From: Octopus bimaculoides
Lineage: Eukaryota
NCBI RefSeq assembly: GCF_001194135.2
Contig: NC_068985.1
Coordinates: forward strand, 85,641,555 to 85,705,554
Length of the DNA: 64,000 nt
Direction of reading: 5' to 3'
The translations under genes were made by a program, and so were the position numbers. Below, piece after piece: positions 11,380 through 24,948 of this stretch (position 1 is its first letter; each line of letters begins with the position of its first letter). The notes below the pieces were generated by a model. That model ran no database searches, was not told the DNA's origin, and worked only from the letters and a program-made list of their open reading frames with translations.

Positions 11380-13060
11380 TGATGCCAACAGGTGGTTGAA
11401 TTGGGATTCTAGCTCTTATTTCTAAACAGGTTGCTGCATCCCGTATTGTTCTGCTATGTTCTGCTATGGTTTCTATGTTTTTGTTCATCATCTTCTTTAT
11501 GATGTTTCATGTTCTAAGTACGAATGGAACTATTTTTAGTTTCTCTTCTCACATTTTGCTTTCTTCAAGATCCTTGTTCTTTGACAGTTTTTCCTTCTGG
11601 CTCAAAAGGGATCAAAATGTTGATCAGAATACAAATAGTTTCTTCCAGTCCTTCATAATTATATCTGGACAACTTGTCTTGATCTTATGTCTCTCTCATG
11701 TCCCAGAGAACTGGGGTCAGGTGGTTTTCATATTCAATGGTCAGTAAATGTTCATCTCACTTCTTATCCATCGATGTGTTGGCAATTGACGACCGGTCAC
11801 AGCTGCTAACTCATTTATGAATACATTCACACTTGGCATGAATTGGGCAGCCAGAAATAATCAACTCAACCATCTTTATTCTGCTGAACACCTATTAGTT
11901 TTCATTCTTGTAATTATTAGTCGTTGCTTATTGGTCTGTTGCAGCTAAAATAAGACCTGTTTCTGCTTTTAGCCCAGAATTTTGGAGCAACTATTGACTT
12001 TCACTCTGCTTTATTTCCTCTCTATCTAGTCTTGCAGGATATTGCTCATGAAGTGATTGGTCTTTCCATCTTTTCTTTAGCATATTTTCTCTTTTTTATC
12101 TTTTAAACATTTTCTTTTGTTTTTAGTCAAATCTTTTGCTTCAGTGGAATTTGTTTCTATCTTCTATTTCATTGTTTCTTTATTTAGTTATTTTTTTTTG
12201 TTTTCTTTTCTTTTCATCTTTCTGTATTATATTAACCCCATTCTATTTGTTCACCTCCATTTTTCTAGTCTCACTCTTTTTATTTTGTAATAGTCTTCTG
12301 TCTACATCAGACCTGTGTTCCTTCTATGTGGAATGGGTCTATTCTTTCTCTATATTAGGGAGCTGGTTTCATGATGCAGTTAGTAATTTCCTGACTTAGC
12401 ACTTCAATTCACTTAACTTTCAACTTATTCTATTGAAGCTCTACTTTATAAATGAGATCGCTGGCATATTTAAGCCTATAATCTTATTTCTAGCATTAAG
12501 ATTTCTAACATTAAGTTCAATAATTTATTTTATTAAACTCACTTTTCTTTTGTATGCTTTTCTAATTTTCTCCTTCATTTCTGTTTTATCTTAGGACTTT
12601 CATTTACCCCTAAATATTTTTAGTGATGTTTCTGGTTTAAATCCCTGATTTTGGTGTCAATAAGTAATTAAATGTTCTCAGTTTTGGTTAAGTTACCTCT
12701 CCTTATGACAGCTTTAGCATATTTGCTTGTACCAGTTATGTCTTGGCTGAATTTATGGGCTATTTTTGTAGTTTTTTTTAACTTATCAATCTAGAAGAGA
12801 TGTTTTTAATTTTTCCTCATCATTCTATGAACAGTTGAAGTTTCATTCAACAGATTTAAAGCATCGGAACCAGGCAAAACGGTTGAAGGAACAAAGACTT
12901 TCCCTAGAGAATTTCTGTCCTTTTTGGGTGGGATAGATTATAAATCTTTTCTCATTGCTTTATAAAGATATTGGTTGTTTTCAGTTTTGTCATAATCTGA
13001 TTGATGTGATTGGTGTTGGGGGTAACCTTATTCAGGTGATGTGTCCCTATTTTCTATGAC
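11380..13060 (-). mobile_element. Heavily decayed R4/Dong-type LINE ORF, RT through REL domain (about 1.7 kb, many stops and frameshifts)
   Basis: Minus-strand remnants in collinear order: KYAKAVIRRGNL, KYLGVN..KEKIRKAYKRKV, SFNRISWKLSELK..RKLLT, HRSDVDRR, RWKDQSLHEQY, SGLKAETG..AATDQ, CPDIIMKD, KLSKNKDL. Confidence 0.82.
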
Positions 13061-13159
13061 TGAATTAACACAGCAAATACTTTCTGGTAATCAAGCTGGG
13101 GCTATGCTAAGCTTTGTTTTCCCCACTTTTTTTACCAAATTCTATAATAGTCTAGTTTC

Positions 13160-13320
13160 ATCCTCATCATGTTTGTTTTCCATGTTGGCATGGGTTGGAT
13201 GGTCTGATAGGTCTGAGGACCACAGTGAGCTCCAATACCTGCTTTCTAGGGCTGGATGCCCTTCCTAATGACCACCATTCTACAGAGTATACTGAGTGTT
13301 TTTCTTATGACACCAGCACA
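13160..13320 (-). mobile_element. Degenerate RTE-type tail or SINE
   Basis: Reverse complement of the tail at 3125-3293 (CATGTTGGCATGGGTTGGA...GCTGGATGCCCTTCCTAATG). Confidence 0.7.
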
Positions 13321-13417
13321 ATTGAGGGCACAAAGAAACCCTAACCACCCATCCTTCCATCACTCTTCTAACTATAGCATTACTCACTTGGGTGCTGTAA
13401 TTATCTAACCCCTTTCT

Positions 13418-13921
13418 GTGGGGTCAGTGATCTTTTTCCTTGGAATCACTTCCTTTTGTCACTTATCCCACATTTTCCTTTGCCTGGTGGCTGTGGCAAA
13501 AGAGATTGTTTGGTGGACAAAGCTGAAAGGCCTAAGGACAGATCCATTCCCCTTTGGTAGAGATCTCATTGACTTCTTCAAGTTTCACTTGAAAAGGAAA
13601 TTGAGAGTGGAGAGGGAAGTGCTGTCCTCGAGGGCGTTTGTTGAAAGGTGAGTGGAAGTTGTGATTATCCCAAGAGGCCTTCCTGTATCAGAAGGGCCAC
13701 ATCTCTATCATCCCCCCACTACATTTTTTTTGTTTTATACCTTTGTATGCTATGCATATGTCCCTTCTTTTCCAATGTATACCATATATACTTACATTCA
13801 TTCATTTTTTGTTTTATCATTTCATTATTGTATGTAAACCCCCACCCTTTATGTCTTTCTTTGTATTGTCCCCCTCGTCCTTTGCCCTTGTGGCAAATAA
13901 ATGAAATCATCATCATCATCA
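13418..13921 (+). mobile_element. 3' end of a Tx1/L1-type LINE (ORF2 C-terminus, 3' UTR, (ATC)n tail)
   Basis: FLCLVAVAKEIVWWTKLKGLRTD...LIDFFKFHLKRKLRVEREVLSSRAFVER* (TGA where TGG is expected) resembles L1/Tx1 ORF2 ends. It is followed by a pyrimidine-rich UTR, AATAAA at about 13896 and an (ATC)n tail. Confidence 0.65.
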
Positions 13922-14384
13922 TTATTGTTGTAATAAGTAGCAGCAGTAGTTGTTGTAAAGGCAAGTGGGTGAGTAGAAATAGTGAAGAACTTGACAAAGA
14001 AATATTTAAGATTCTTCAGTTTTGTTATTTTCTGTATTCAGTTGAAATCTCTCCAGAATCATCTTTGGTTTACATCTGTCCAAATATCAGAGAGTACCAG
14101 TAATATAAATGGGGTTGAACAAACTGACTGTTTAATTATATTCATTAAAAAAAAAAAAACAGTTCTTGCAGCAGATAACCCCTAACCTTTGTGCAAAACC
14201 TTAATTATTATTAACGGGTCTTCTCATGATTTCAAATGTCATGGACATTGACTTTCCGTTTTGGAGGGGGGATTAGGGGGGAATGATAAGATATTTGTCA
14301 ATTATTGCGGTCGATATGATCTGTTGCTCCCTCCCGAAACTATGTGGCCTTTTACCTATGTTAGAAATCAATATTTACCCTTCT

Positions 14385-14530
14385 CTTCATCATCATCACC
14401 ACCATTACCACCATCATCATCAACATTATCATTAATATCATCATCATCAACAACATCATAAGTGTTATCATCATAACATTATCAACATCAACATTATCAT
14501 CATCATCATCAACAACATCATCACTGACAT
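14385..14530. repeat. Degenerate (CAT/CAA)n trinucleotide tract
   Basis: Directly visible. Source of the poly-D and poly-M ORFs. Confidence 0.95.
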
Positions 14531-14968
14531 TACTGTGGAGAGAAAGCAAAAGAAAGAGAACTTGGAAGGAAATTCTTTCCTCTTGAACGTTGTGGATGGG
14601 AATGGGGTGGGGGTGGGGGAGACTAAATAAAATAAAAATAGAAAATAAAAAAAGAGGAAAATTTTTTCCTTTAACACCACCACCACCACCACCACCACCA
14701 CCACCATGACAATCTTTCCCATCCTCCATCATAACCTGGGTATTTTACGTGATTCATACCAAATAAAAATAGTCATGAGAAAGGGATGGATTTCTCTGAA
14801 AGTACCATCATTGCTCAAGTTTCCTGAATGGTAGGGGGTCCGGGTAGGGGGATGCACCTTTCTTCCTTCCTTCCTTCCTTCCTTCATTTTTAATCTCTGA
14901 CACTGTTGCTATTTAGATATCACTAATCTATTTCAAAATACCTAAGGCTTTTATTTGTTATCTTCCAT

Positions 14969-15006
<38 letters not shown>

Positions 15007-16153
15007 CAAAAAAACCACCTTGACTAAGCACACACACACACACACACACAATTACCAAAAATGGCTGGAAATACAGAAACATCCAAAGCTACACACACCC
15101 AATCACAGTTACATAACGCATGCAATTGGAACTATGTATAAACACACACAACCATAACTACACACACACACACACACAGAGAACCACAACTACATGCGCA
15201 GACATATCTGCATACAAATAAACAACTGTGTGGGTATATGCACACTGTCTCCTAGCATGTGCACGTGCACACGTGTGTGTGTGTGTGTGTGTGAGTGAGT
15301 GTGTGAGATATGTAAATACAGCACGAAAAAAAAACACATGTATTTTCAAAATTTCAGAACAAAACAAATTGATGACAAATTTAAAGAAAATAATACAAAA
15401 GAGAAAAAAAAAGGTTTAAAACTGTTTATTGTTGGGATTATAACTAAAATATTGATAGAGAAGAGGGTAACAGGGGATTAAGGTTAGGGTGGTGTCTTTA
15501 ACATATTACCTGGTTTAATACCACAATGGGTGGTGGTCCTGCCATGCTGTAGCTTCCTGAGTCAGTGACATAATCTATATAAGGCTGACCAACCTGCTAA
15601 AAACGAACCTCAAACCACCATCTTAAGAAAAGAAGGCTACATTAGTTCAATGTAACATTGGATATACTTGTCAAAGAAATGGTCATGGCAGGAATATACT
15701 TGCTCAGCAGCACCTCCGACAGCTGGTCATTGGTAGAGTTCACCCAGTTACAAGCATCTGGAGTAGATCCCACCTGAATTCCTTTCCTACCCTCATTCAT
15801 CTGCTAGATATTAAATTACATTCACCTCACCTGTGTCACATGGACTGTGGAGATAGTGGGAGGGTACTGCAACTGTCGTGTGTGCGTGTGAGAGAGAGCA
15901 GTTTCAAGGTGTGAGTCAAAGCTTCTGTTGTTAATATTTTGGTCAATAATGTAAAAATTCTCATATTGACTGTGTGGTAGATGCAGTATGGTAGGAAAAC
16001 CACCTGAACATCTCTCATCAGATGCTCAGGTGGTAGTCCTACATAGGAAACATCCATGATGGGTGTGTCCTATCTGCCAACAAAACAACTCATGTGGAGA
16101 TGAGTCAAACTGTTATTGAATATATTCTAACCAAAAGCATTCAACGCTAATTT

Positions 16154-16305
<152 letters not shown>

Positions 16306-16589
16306 CCAAAATTTTGGATAATACTCTTACTCTACTGACAGGATATACGAGTACATCTTTTCCCTGACTTATGGTCTTCTAGCGTGAGAAATCAGATCTT
16401 TTTTTTTATTTAGTTGTTTCATTCATTGGACTGTGGCCATACAAGGTCATTGCCTTCAGGGGTTTCGTCAAACTAATCAACTCCAGTTAAATAAGCATGG
16501 CGTTTATTCTATTGGTCTCTTTTGATGGACAACTAAGTTATGGGGATGAAAACAAAACAACACCAGTTGCCAGATCCACTCACAAGACT

Positions 16590-16690
16590 TCAGTTAGAGT
16601 GAGGCTAGGTACATGCTCCAGGTGCCATGCAGTGGGGTTGAACCCAGAACTATGTGCTTGGGAAACAAACTTCTTACCATACAGCTGTAC
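16590..16690 (-). mobile_element. 5' part of the CORE-like tRNA SINE
   Basis: Inverse of the head of the 3319-3480 family (CCAGGTGCCATGCAGTGGGGTTGAACCC...CTTCTTACCATACAGC). Confidence 0.7.
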
Positions 16691-16968
16691 CTATCTGTCT
16701 ATTTATCTATCTATCTGTCTGTCTATATATGTGCATATACTTATTCACACATGCACACACGCACTCACACACACATCATTAAACTAAGATTTTGGTCACT
16801 AATTGAGTCTCATGATCTGTGGTATTTCTAGAATAATTTGAATGATGAATGATGATTGCAGACAGTGAAACTTGAGTAAAGACTAAAAATTCACTTTACA
16901 TAAATCTATAAATAAATGATGGAATGTATTGAGTGCTGGCTTTTACTTTCATTAACAAACTATACATA

Positions 16969-17037
<69 letters not shown>

Positions 17038-17521
17038 TTATCTGTGTGTGTGTGTGTGTATTATATGCATACATTGTTTCCCCGAGAAAGGTAGAACTAG
17101 GAAGCATCGTTCTACAGGCATCATCCATGTTTAGATTATCAAGAAATTCTCCATAGCTTATGTGTTTATTGACAAGTGTTTTAGTTTTGCATTGGAAAAG
17201 AATTTTAGCTCAATTCCCATTCTTCTTCCTCCTCTCTTGATTCTATTGATGGAGTGAAATGATGAAGAATAAACATATATAGAGCGATAAAAAAAACCAA
17301 ACTTAAACACTGTGGGGCAGAGAAATACTAAATGACTGACTTAACATGTGTGGGTGGGGAGTGGTGTGATTGAGGAATTGTTAGGCATTTCCAGGGAAAA
17401 CATAATTCTGTGTTCAGTTTTGGTGTGAAGTCTGAGGATCTTTAGATTTATTTATTCTTGAAGTAAATGGTATGATGGTCCAGAAAAGGATGATGGTGCT
17501 TTTGGTTTCCCACCATTAAGT

Positions 17522-17598
<77 letters not shown>

Positions 17599-18414
17599 TA
17601 TGTCTCAGCTTAAAGGTAAGCCATACAAATCTGTAATGTTTACAAATGAAGGAAGTAAAGAAATCTGTGGAGGATTAACTATGAACAGAGCAACTGAGTA
17701 GTAGTAAGAGGAGAATGAGGAGAAAGTTGGTAGTTAGGGTCCAAGTGTTAGGGGCCACAGCATTTTGTCTGGCTTATCCTAGTTTTAATTAAGGTGGATC
17801 CACTGAGGACCCTTACAGAACACTGGACTAAAGTCTTTACAACACTTTTTACTGTCCAAGGTCTTAGTTCAAATTCCACTGGAATTGTCTTCAGCACCAA
17901 TTCTTTAAAGTTAGCAACAAGGAGGAGTGAGGCTTTCCAGGAACCTTCTCAAGACCCTTCTGATAATACAACACAATCTGTATTGATTTAGTTATCTTGT
18001 ATTTCTTCTTCAATATTTATGAGTCAAACTAGAGAGCTCTGTGTGAGCATTTGACCTGCTAGAAATAACAATCAAGTCTCCCTCAAACCATATTGTTTGA
18101 TCTTAAATGTAGTCCCTGATAAAAAAAAGATGAATGTTTATAACACCAGGCTGTTTTGATCAGAGTTGGCTTGGGACAAAGTCACATCAATGTTTATTTA
18201 TATATTTATATGCAAATGAGTAACAAAGATCTACAGGTGTCAATTCCTTACAGCTGTTTCAAGTGGCATACATACATATATACAAAGATATCCTGTTGAT
18301 GTTGAAATTCCAACGAAGGAGCCTTGGATCTGGGTTAGAAACCGACTCTTTCTCTATTGGCAAGAAATCTTGAAATAAACTGAATAATCACACACACACA
18401 CACACACAACTGGC

Positions 18415-18725
18415 ATTCAATCAACTATAACAACAAGTGTTCCAGTTGATCTGATTAATGAAACAGCCTACTTGTAAAATTAGCATGCAAGTGGCTGAGT
18501 ACTCCACAGACATGTGTACCCTCAATGTAATTCTCAGGGAGATTCAATATGACTCAGAGTGTGACAAGGCTGATCCTTTGATTTACAGGTACAACTTATT
18601 TTTGCCAGGTGAGTGGACTGGTGCAACATGAAATAAAGTGCCTTGCTTAAGGGTACAATGTACTACCAGGGATTGAGTTCATGATCTCATGATCCTGAGA
18701 CAAATATCCTAAGCACTGAGTCACA
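18415..18725 (-). mobile_element. tRNA-derived SINE (third family)
   Basis: On the minus strand, a tRNA-like head (CAGTGCTTAGG...GAGATCATGAACTCAATCC) and AAGCAAGGCACTTTATTTC. The internal block GTGGCTGAGTACTCCACAGACATGTGTACCCT recurs inverted at 30250-30345. Confidence 0.7.
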
Positions 18726-20194
18726 TGTATACATATACACCTGGGTGGCTCAATTAGCAGTGGAGAGGTATGTTCCAAAAAAAGTGTAGTTCTTAGAATT
18801 AGAATAGAAAGGAGAAAATGCAGAGAGGTTTTACTTCTGTTGCCAAGCAGAGGTCTTTCAGTCTGCGAAAGGAAGATTGTATGGTCCATGTATATATATA
18901 TGAACAGCAATGCTATGGGATAGGGAGATGTGGACCCTAAACGCAAACAATAGACTAGAAAGGAAAGAACCTAGTGTGCACAAAACAGCAAAATAGCCCT
19001 ACGATTTATATAAGATGCAGTCATATCACCCTCCTCCATCACGGAAAAAATTGATATAGCGATGATGATGATACACACACACACACACATGTATGTGAGT
19101 GTGTGTGTACAGTCTTCTTTGTTCCAACATTTTCTTCATACAAAACTCCAGTGTACTTAATACCAAACTGTGTTAGAAATATTCAGATTATGATGTAATC
19201 ATCCATTAACAAACAGTTATTTCCTCTCCTACAGAATGGTTTCTCATGGGACCAACTTCGTGCTCACAAAACTGTTCCTTAGTGAATTTCATCGGGGATC
19301 ATGTTTCACTATAAAAGTTAATTACAGGAACATTTTAGTCTGGAAAGTAACTAATTCATTTTACACACAACTAGAAATCCACAACTGACCATACACCCAT
19401 CGTCTATTTATGCATCAAACAAAACCCTTACTGCTCTATTCATATCTCAAAATGTCTGTCTGTTTATTAGGGGTTCTCTGTTGCTACCCCCAGACACACG
19501 AACATTTAGCTATCACCTTTCAGCATCGTTTTCTTTAAGATACAACAAGATGTAATCTGTAATATAAGTATACATACATACATGTGTGCATGTGTCCGTG
19601 TGTCTGTGTGTGCGTGCATGCACGTGTGTGTGTATGTGTGTGTGTGTATGTGTATATATGTGTGTTAGTGCGTATATGTCAGTGTGTGTGTGTATATGTG
19701 TGGGTGTGTCTATGTATACTAACACACACACACACACATACTTCAGTTTATATATTTTAGGAGAAAGTCATCATAAGAGAAGAGAATATTCTTCCTTGTC
19801 TCCAAACTGTCAAGCGATGTAACATTGATCCTGCCCCCCTGTACAAGTAGAGGGATCCCTTGGAATCCCTGAGTAAATGTGGGATGGACTGAGACCAAGG
19901 GTTTAACGAATGGTGTGGAGTGAGTGTATATGTGGTGGTGGTGGTGGTGGGGATGTGCTAGATACATTGGTCGGTTACAGGAATAATAAGAAACTCAACT
20001 AAAAATAAATGAATTTCATTGTCAGCTGGTTTCCGTGATACGAGAGGGACTTGGGAATCACTGTTGCACTTTCTCTACATACATACACATATGCATCTAC
20101 ATAAATGTACAAATGTAAGTATACATATACAAACATACTTATACACACACACACAAACACATGCATACACACACACACATATAAATACATACTC

Positions 20195-20265
<71 letters not shown>

Positions 20266-21022
20266 CAGATAGACTGATGAATACATATAAATGTATATAC
20301 ATATATATGTATATACATATATATGTATATACATATATATGTATATACATATATATGTAGTGTAATATATGGATTCATAAGAATCGTGTAACTATCACAG
20401 AAAGCTCCTCTGATGGACTTGGATAACAGACAACTTAGTAATCCAATACTGAGGAGTATAATGCAGAGTCCCAAGCAGCAGAAATCCAGCTGAAATACTT
20501 TGCATTTCAAATATATGGAACTCTAATACACACACATGCACACATAAATACATATATATATATCGAGAGGGCGGAACACACATGACAATCTTCTTTTAGC
20601 TTCCATCTATCAAATTCACTCATGAGGTAATGCTTAGTGAAATAAGTTAAAGACACTTGTTCAGCTTGGATTGAACCTAGAGCCATGAGATTTGGGAGGG
20701 AATTTCTTTTAACTCCACAACTATCATAGCATCTATAGCATATATATATATATATATACATGTATATGTATGTACAAGTTTGGTGATATAGATAAAAAAT
20801 AGAACTCAAAGAATGGATAAATATATGTTTCTAATAGATAGATAAATAGGCATATATGTGCACGCACACACATATGAATAGATATGTGTGCGTTTGTGTG
20901 TCTATATATGTGTCTACACACACACACATATATATATATATCTGGCTTGCCAGTCCTCAGTCAAACTGTTCAACCCATGCCAGCATGAAAAGTGGACACA
21001 TGATGATGAAGATACATACATA

Positions 21023-21121
<99 letters not shown>

Positions 21122-21606
21122 TTTGTTGTGTCTGGGGGAGTCATAGTGCCTTTACATATAGATATATATATATACACATCTATAGTACATACACGTGTGC
21201 TCATGCACACACACATATATACATATTTATATGCATGTGTGTCTGTATGGGTGTGTGTGTGTGTTTGTGTCTTTTTGTTTTGGCATCCTGTGATGAGAAT
21301 TGTGAATAAGGGTCATCGTGATGCAAACAGTGTCATATGTCACTAATACCCCGTGAAAATCATGTCCGGCCATGGGGAAGCATCATCTTGCTTGGAAACA
21401 GGCAAGGGTTGGTGAAAGGAAAGTCATCCAGCCACGGAAAAATCTGATGCAATCAATCACAAAGCACGGAAAAGAGGATGTGGAATTATACAGACACACA
21501 CACACACACTCACACATACACGCACGCACACACACAGACACATACGAAATATGTATGTATATGTGTGCGTTGTGTGTGTATATATATATCTATCTATCAT
21601 CATAAT

Positions 21607-21672
<66 letters not shown>

Positions 21673-22139
21673 CATATATACATAGATACATATATATATA
21701 TGCAAATTATATAAATATATTTTACATCTGTCCACTTCTATACCTACTCAGACTTGGTACCAAAAATTCTGCTCTCACTATCTAGAGTAGGGACCAAGTG
21801 CTGTGAGAGCTTTGTTTCAAGACCCCCCACATGATTTCCTGACTCTACTCAACAACCTCAGAGATGTGTGAGGTGGACGTGAGGTGGACGTGCTCAAAGA
21901 ACATTTAAACAAATATGAATCTGATGAACCCACATCGGAGCAGGAAACATAAAGAGCTGCTCTGTCTATCTTGCTATTTCATAAGAAACCGTTAAAAGGA
22001 GAGGACATGGAAGTGAGTGAGAAATCACACTTAAGGGTATGCCTCCGCATGGCCACAGCCTTTATCTGAAACCAGTCAATGTGAAACTAAAAATGGATAC
22101 ATACATGTATATCTATCGATCGAAAAAGGACGAAAGGCC

Positions 22140-22340
22140 CTTCTGGAACCATGGGCTCATACTACTGGTTTACTGGATTCTGTGGTACATATATTCCCCC
22201 TGAATAGGCTGCCTGTCCTTCACAGGATTACTTATCTTTTAGCCAATTGAGTGAACTGGAACAATGTGAAATGGAAATGAAGTGATTTGCTCAAGAACAC
22301 AACACATAACTCAGTCTAGGAATTGAAATCGTAATCTTGA
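22140..22340 (-). mobile_element. Degenerate tRNA-derived SINE
   Basis: Shares GAGTGAACTGGAACAATGTGAAATG...TTGCTCAAGAACACAAC...AATTGAA with 18600-18680 and 33090-33200. Confidence 0.6.
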
Positions 22341-22645
22341 AATCTCCACTCTCTCTCACTACTCTCTCTCTCTCTGCATATATATATATATAAATAATCA
22401 TATATGTATGCATACACATTTGTGCACAAAATCAGTTGCACACATTTTACAGTGTGTGTGTTTATGTATACAATCATATAAACACATGGATCTATAGGAA
22501 CATGTATGTATACATGTGTGTGTATGCATATGTAGACATATATATATACATATATATGTGTATGTATATATATATACATATGTATGCATATATATGTATG
22601 TGTGTATATATATAGACATATATATATATATGTATATATATGAAT

Positions 22646-22687
<42 letters not shown>

Positions 22688-22733
22688 ACACACACATATA
22701 CACACAAATACATCCATACATATATATATAAAT

Positions 22734-22776
<43 letters not shown>

Positions 22777-23811
22777 GATAGATAGATGGATAGACAGATA
22801 GATAGATGGATATATTGTAGGTAGTTATAGTTTATCATGTACTGCTGTCACTCAAAAGTTTCAGTAATTCTACCTTCAAACACGATGATGATGATGATGG
22901 TGGTGATGATGATGATAATAATAATGATAATGATGATGATGATGAAGAGATGATGACAACCACACCACAAACAACAATGATTACAATGATAAATACTTGT
23001 TGAATTCTTCGACAAAGTGATTGTGTTAAAAGCTTTACTGTCTTTATGGAAAGAATTTGGAAGAGTGAGGACTCTTTAAGTCAGTCTTCACACACTGACA
23101 GCAGCTGAATCGTACATTTTGGGTATTACTGTGTATAACGGTTTGTCTGTCTTTCTGTCTGCCTGCCTGCCCGCCTCTCTGTCTATCTGTCTGTCTGTCT
23201 ATATGTATATATATATAATATATATATAATATATATANNNNNNNNNNNNNNNNNNNNNNNNNNNNNNNNNNNNNNNNNNNNNNNNNNNNNNNNNNNNNNN
23301 NNNNNNNNNNNNNNNNNNNNNNNNNNNNNNNNNNNNNNNNNNNNNNNNNNNNNNNNNNNNNNNNNNNNNNNNNNNNNNNNNNNNNNNNNNNNNNNNNNNN
23401 NNNNNNNNNNNNNNNNNNNNNNNNNNNNNNNNNNNNNNNNNNNNNNNNNNNNNNNNNNNNNNNNNNNNNNNNNNNNNNNNNNNNNNNNNNNNNNNNNNNN
23501 NNNNNNNNNNNNNNNTATATATATATATACATATATATATACACACATATACTTATATATATGCACGTATGTGTGTGCATTTATGTGTGCGCCTGTATGT
23601 GAGTGCTTTAACAAATGCACCGATCTGTAAGTAGGGAAAAAAAGAACCTTTCTCGCTCTGTGTCTGTGTGTCTGTGTGTATATATTTACTCACAGTTTTA
23701 TTTGCCTCTCTCTATACCTGATCTATGGAGTTTTCTCACATTTCTGTTTTTATATGCGCATATTTATATACAAGTGTGAGTGTGTTCATATACACACACA
23801 CACGCTCACAG

Positions 23812-23842
<31 letters not shown>

Positions 23843-23946
23843 CACACACACACACATGTTTGTGTATGTGTGTGTGAGTGTAATAATATTATTGTTTGTG
23901 TTTATGAGATAAACTAAAATTTATATTTCCTGCATTTGTGTACATG

Positions 23947-23992
<46 letters not shown>

Positions 23993-24589
23993 ATACACAC
24001 TCATACACATTAAACACATGTACATCTATGTATGTAAGCACAAGCAGAAACATATACCTACGTACACATGCATGACACGCATGAGCTAATCTGTTTGCCG
24101 ACGTGTGTGTGTGTGTGTGTGTGGTTTGTTACATCACATTTGTATGTAGCGAAGGTGATAGTTTTCTAATTATATTAAGTCATATAATTTCTATTCAAGT
24201 CCATGCACACACACACACACACACCACACACACACACGTAAAAGCTGACATGTACGCATATTTATGCTCACTCATGCATACAGGCTTTAACTTTCATACT
24301 AATGCATGCCAGTAAATACTGTGTACTCATACGCAAATATGTGTGTTTGTGTGTGTATGTATGTACACACACACACACACACACGTGCACACACCCTCAC
24401 ACACAGATATATAATTACTTATACACTCATTTAAATGCATTCTCTTTATGTAAAGAAACAGACATGAACAATAAATGTTGATCAGAGGCAAAGAATGATA
24501 GTCACAGCCACCAAACATAATTGCAAAAGGTACACGGAAAATACATACGTAAGACATACAGACAGATAAGTTCATAGATAGCTGTGAGA

Positions 24590-24893
24590 TTGGTTGTGAG
24601 AAAAATAGACAGACAGATGATAGTGATGGACAGATAGGTATGTGAGTGTTATATCTATAAAGTGGACAGAAAGATGGCTAAATTGACAGCCAGATGATTA
24701 TGAATTGATAGATGGACATAGACAGAGAGACTAGTGGATAGATGATAGATAGGTAATTTTAAATAGGTAGACAAACAGATAGGTAGACAGACCGAGACAG
24801 AGAGAAAGATGGATAGTTAGATAGATTGATAGAGATAGAGACAGAGAGATAGATAGATACATATGTAGACTGAGAGAAAGATAGGTAGGTAGG

Positions 24894-24948
<55 letters not shown>

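Noticed and set aside
19215-19330. Strong splice-acceptor-like site at 19234 (similar at 62787; minus-strand donor-like site at 26211-26216)
   Set aside because: No matching donor or acceptor gives an open, protein-like exon, and such sites are expected by chance.
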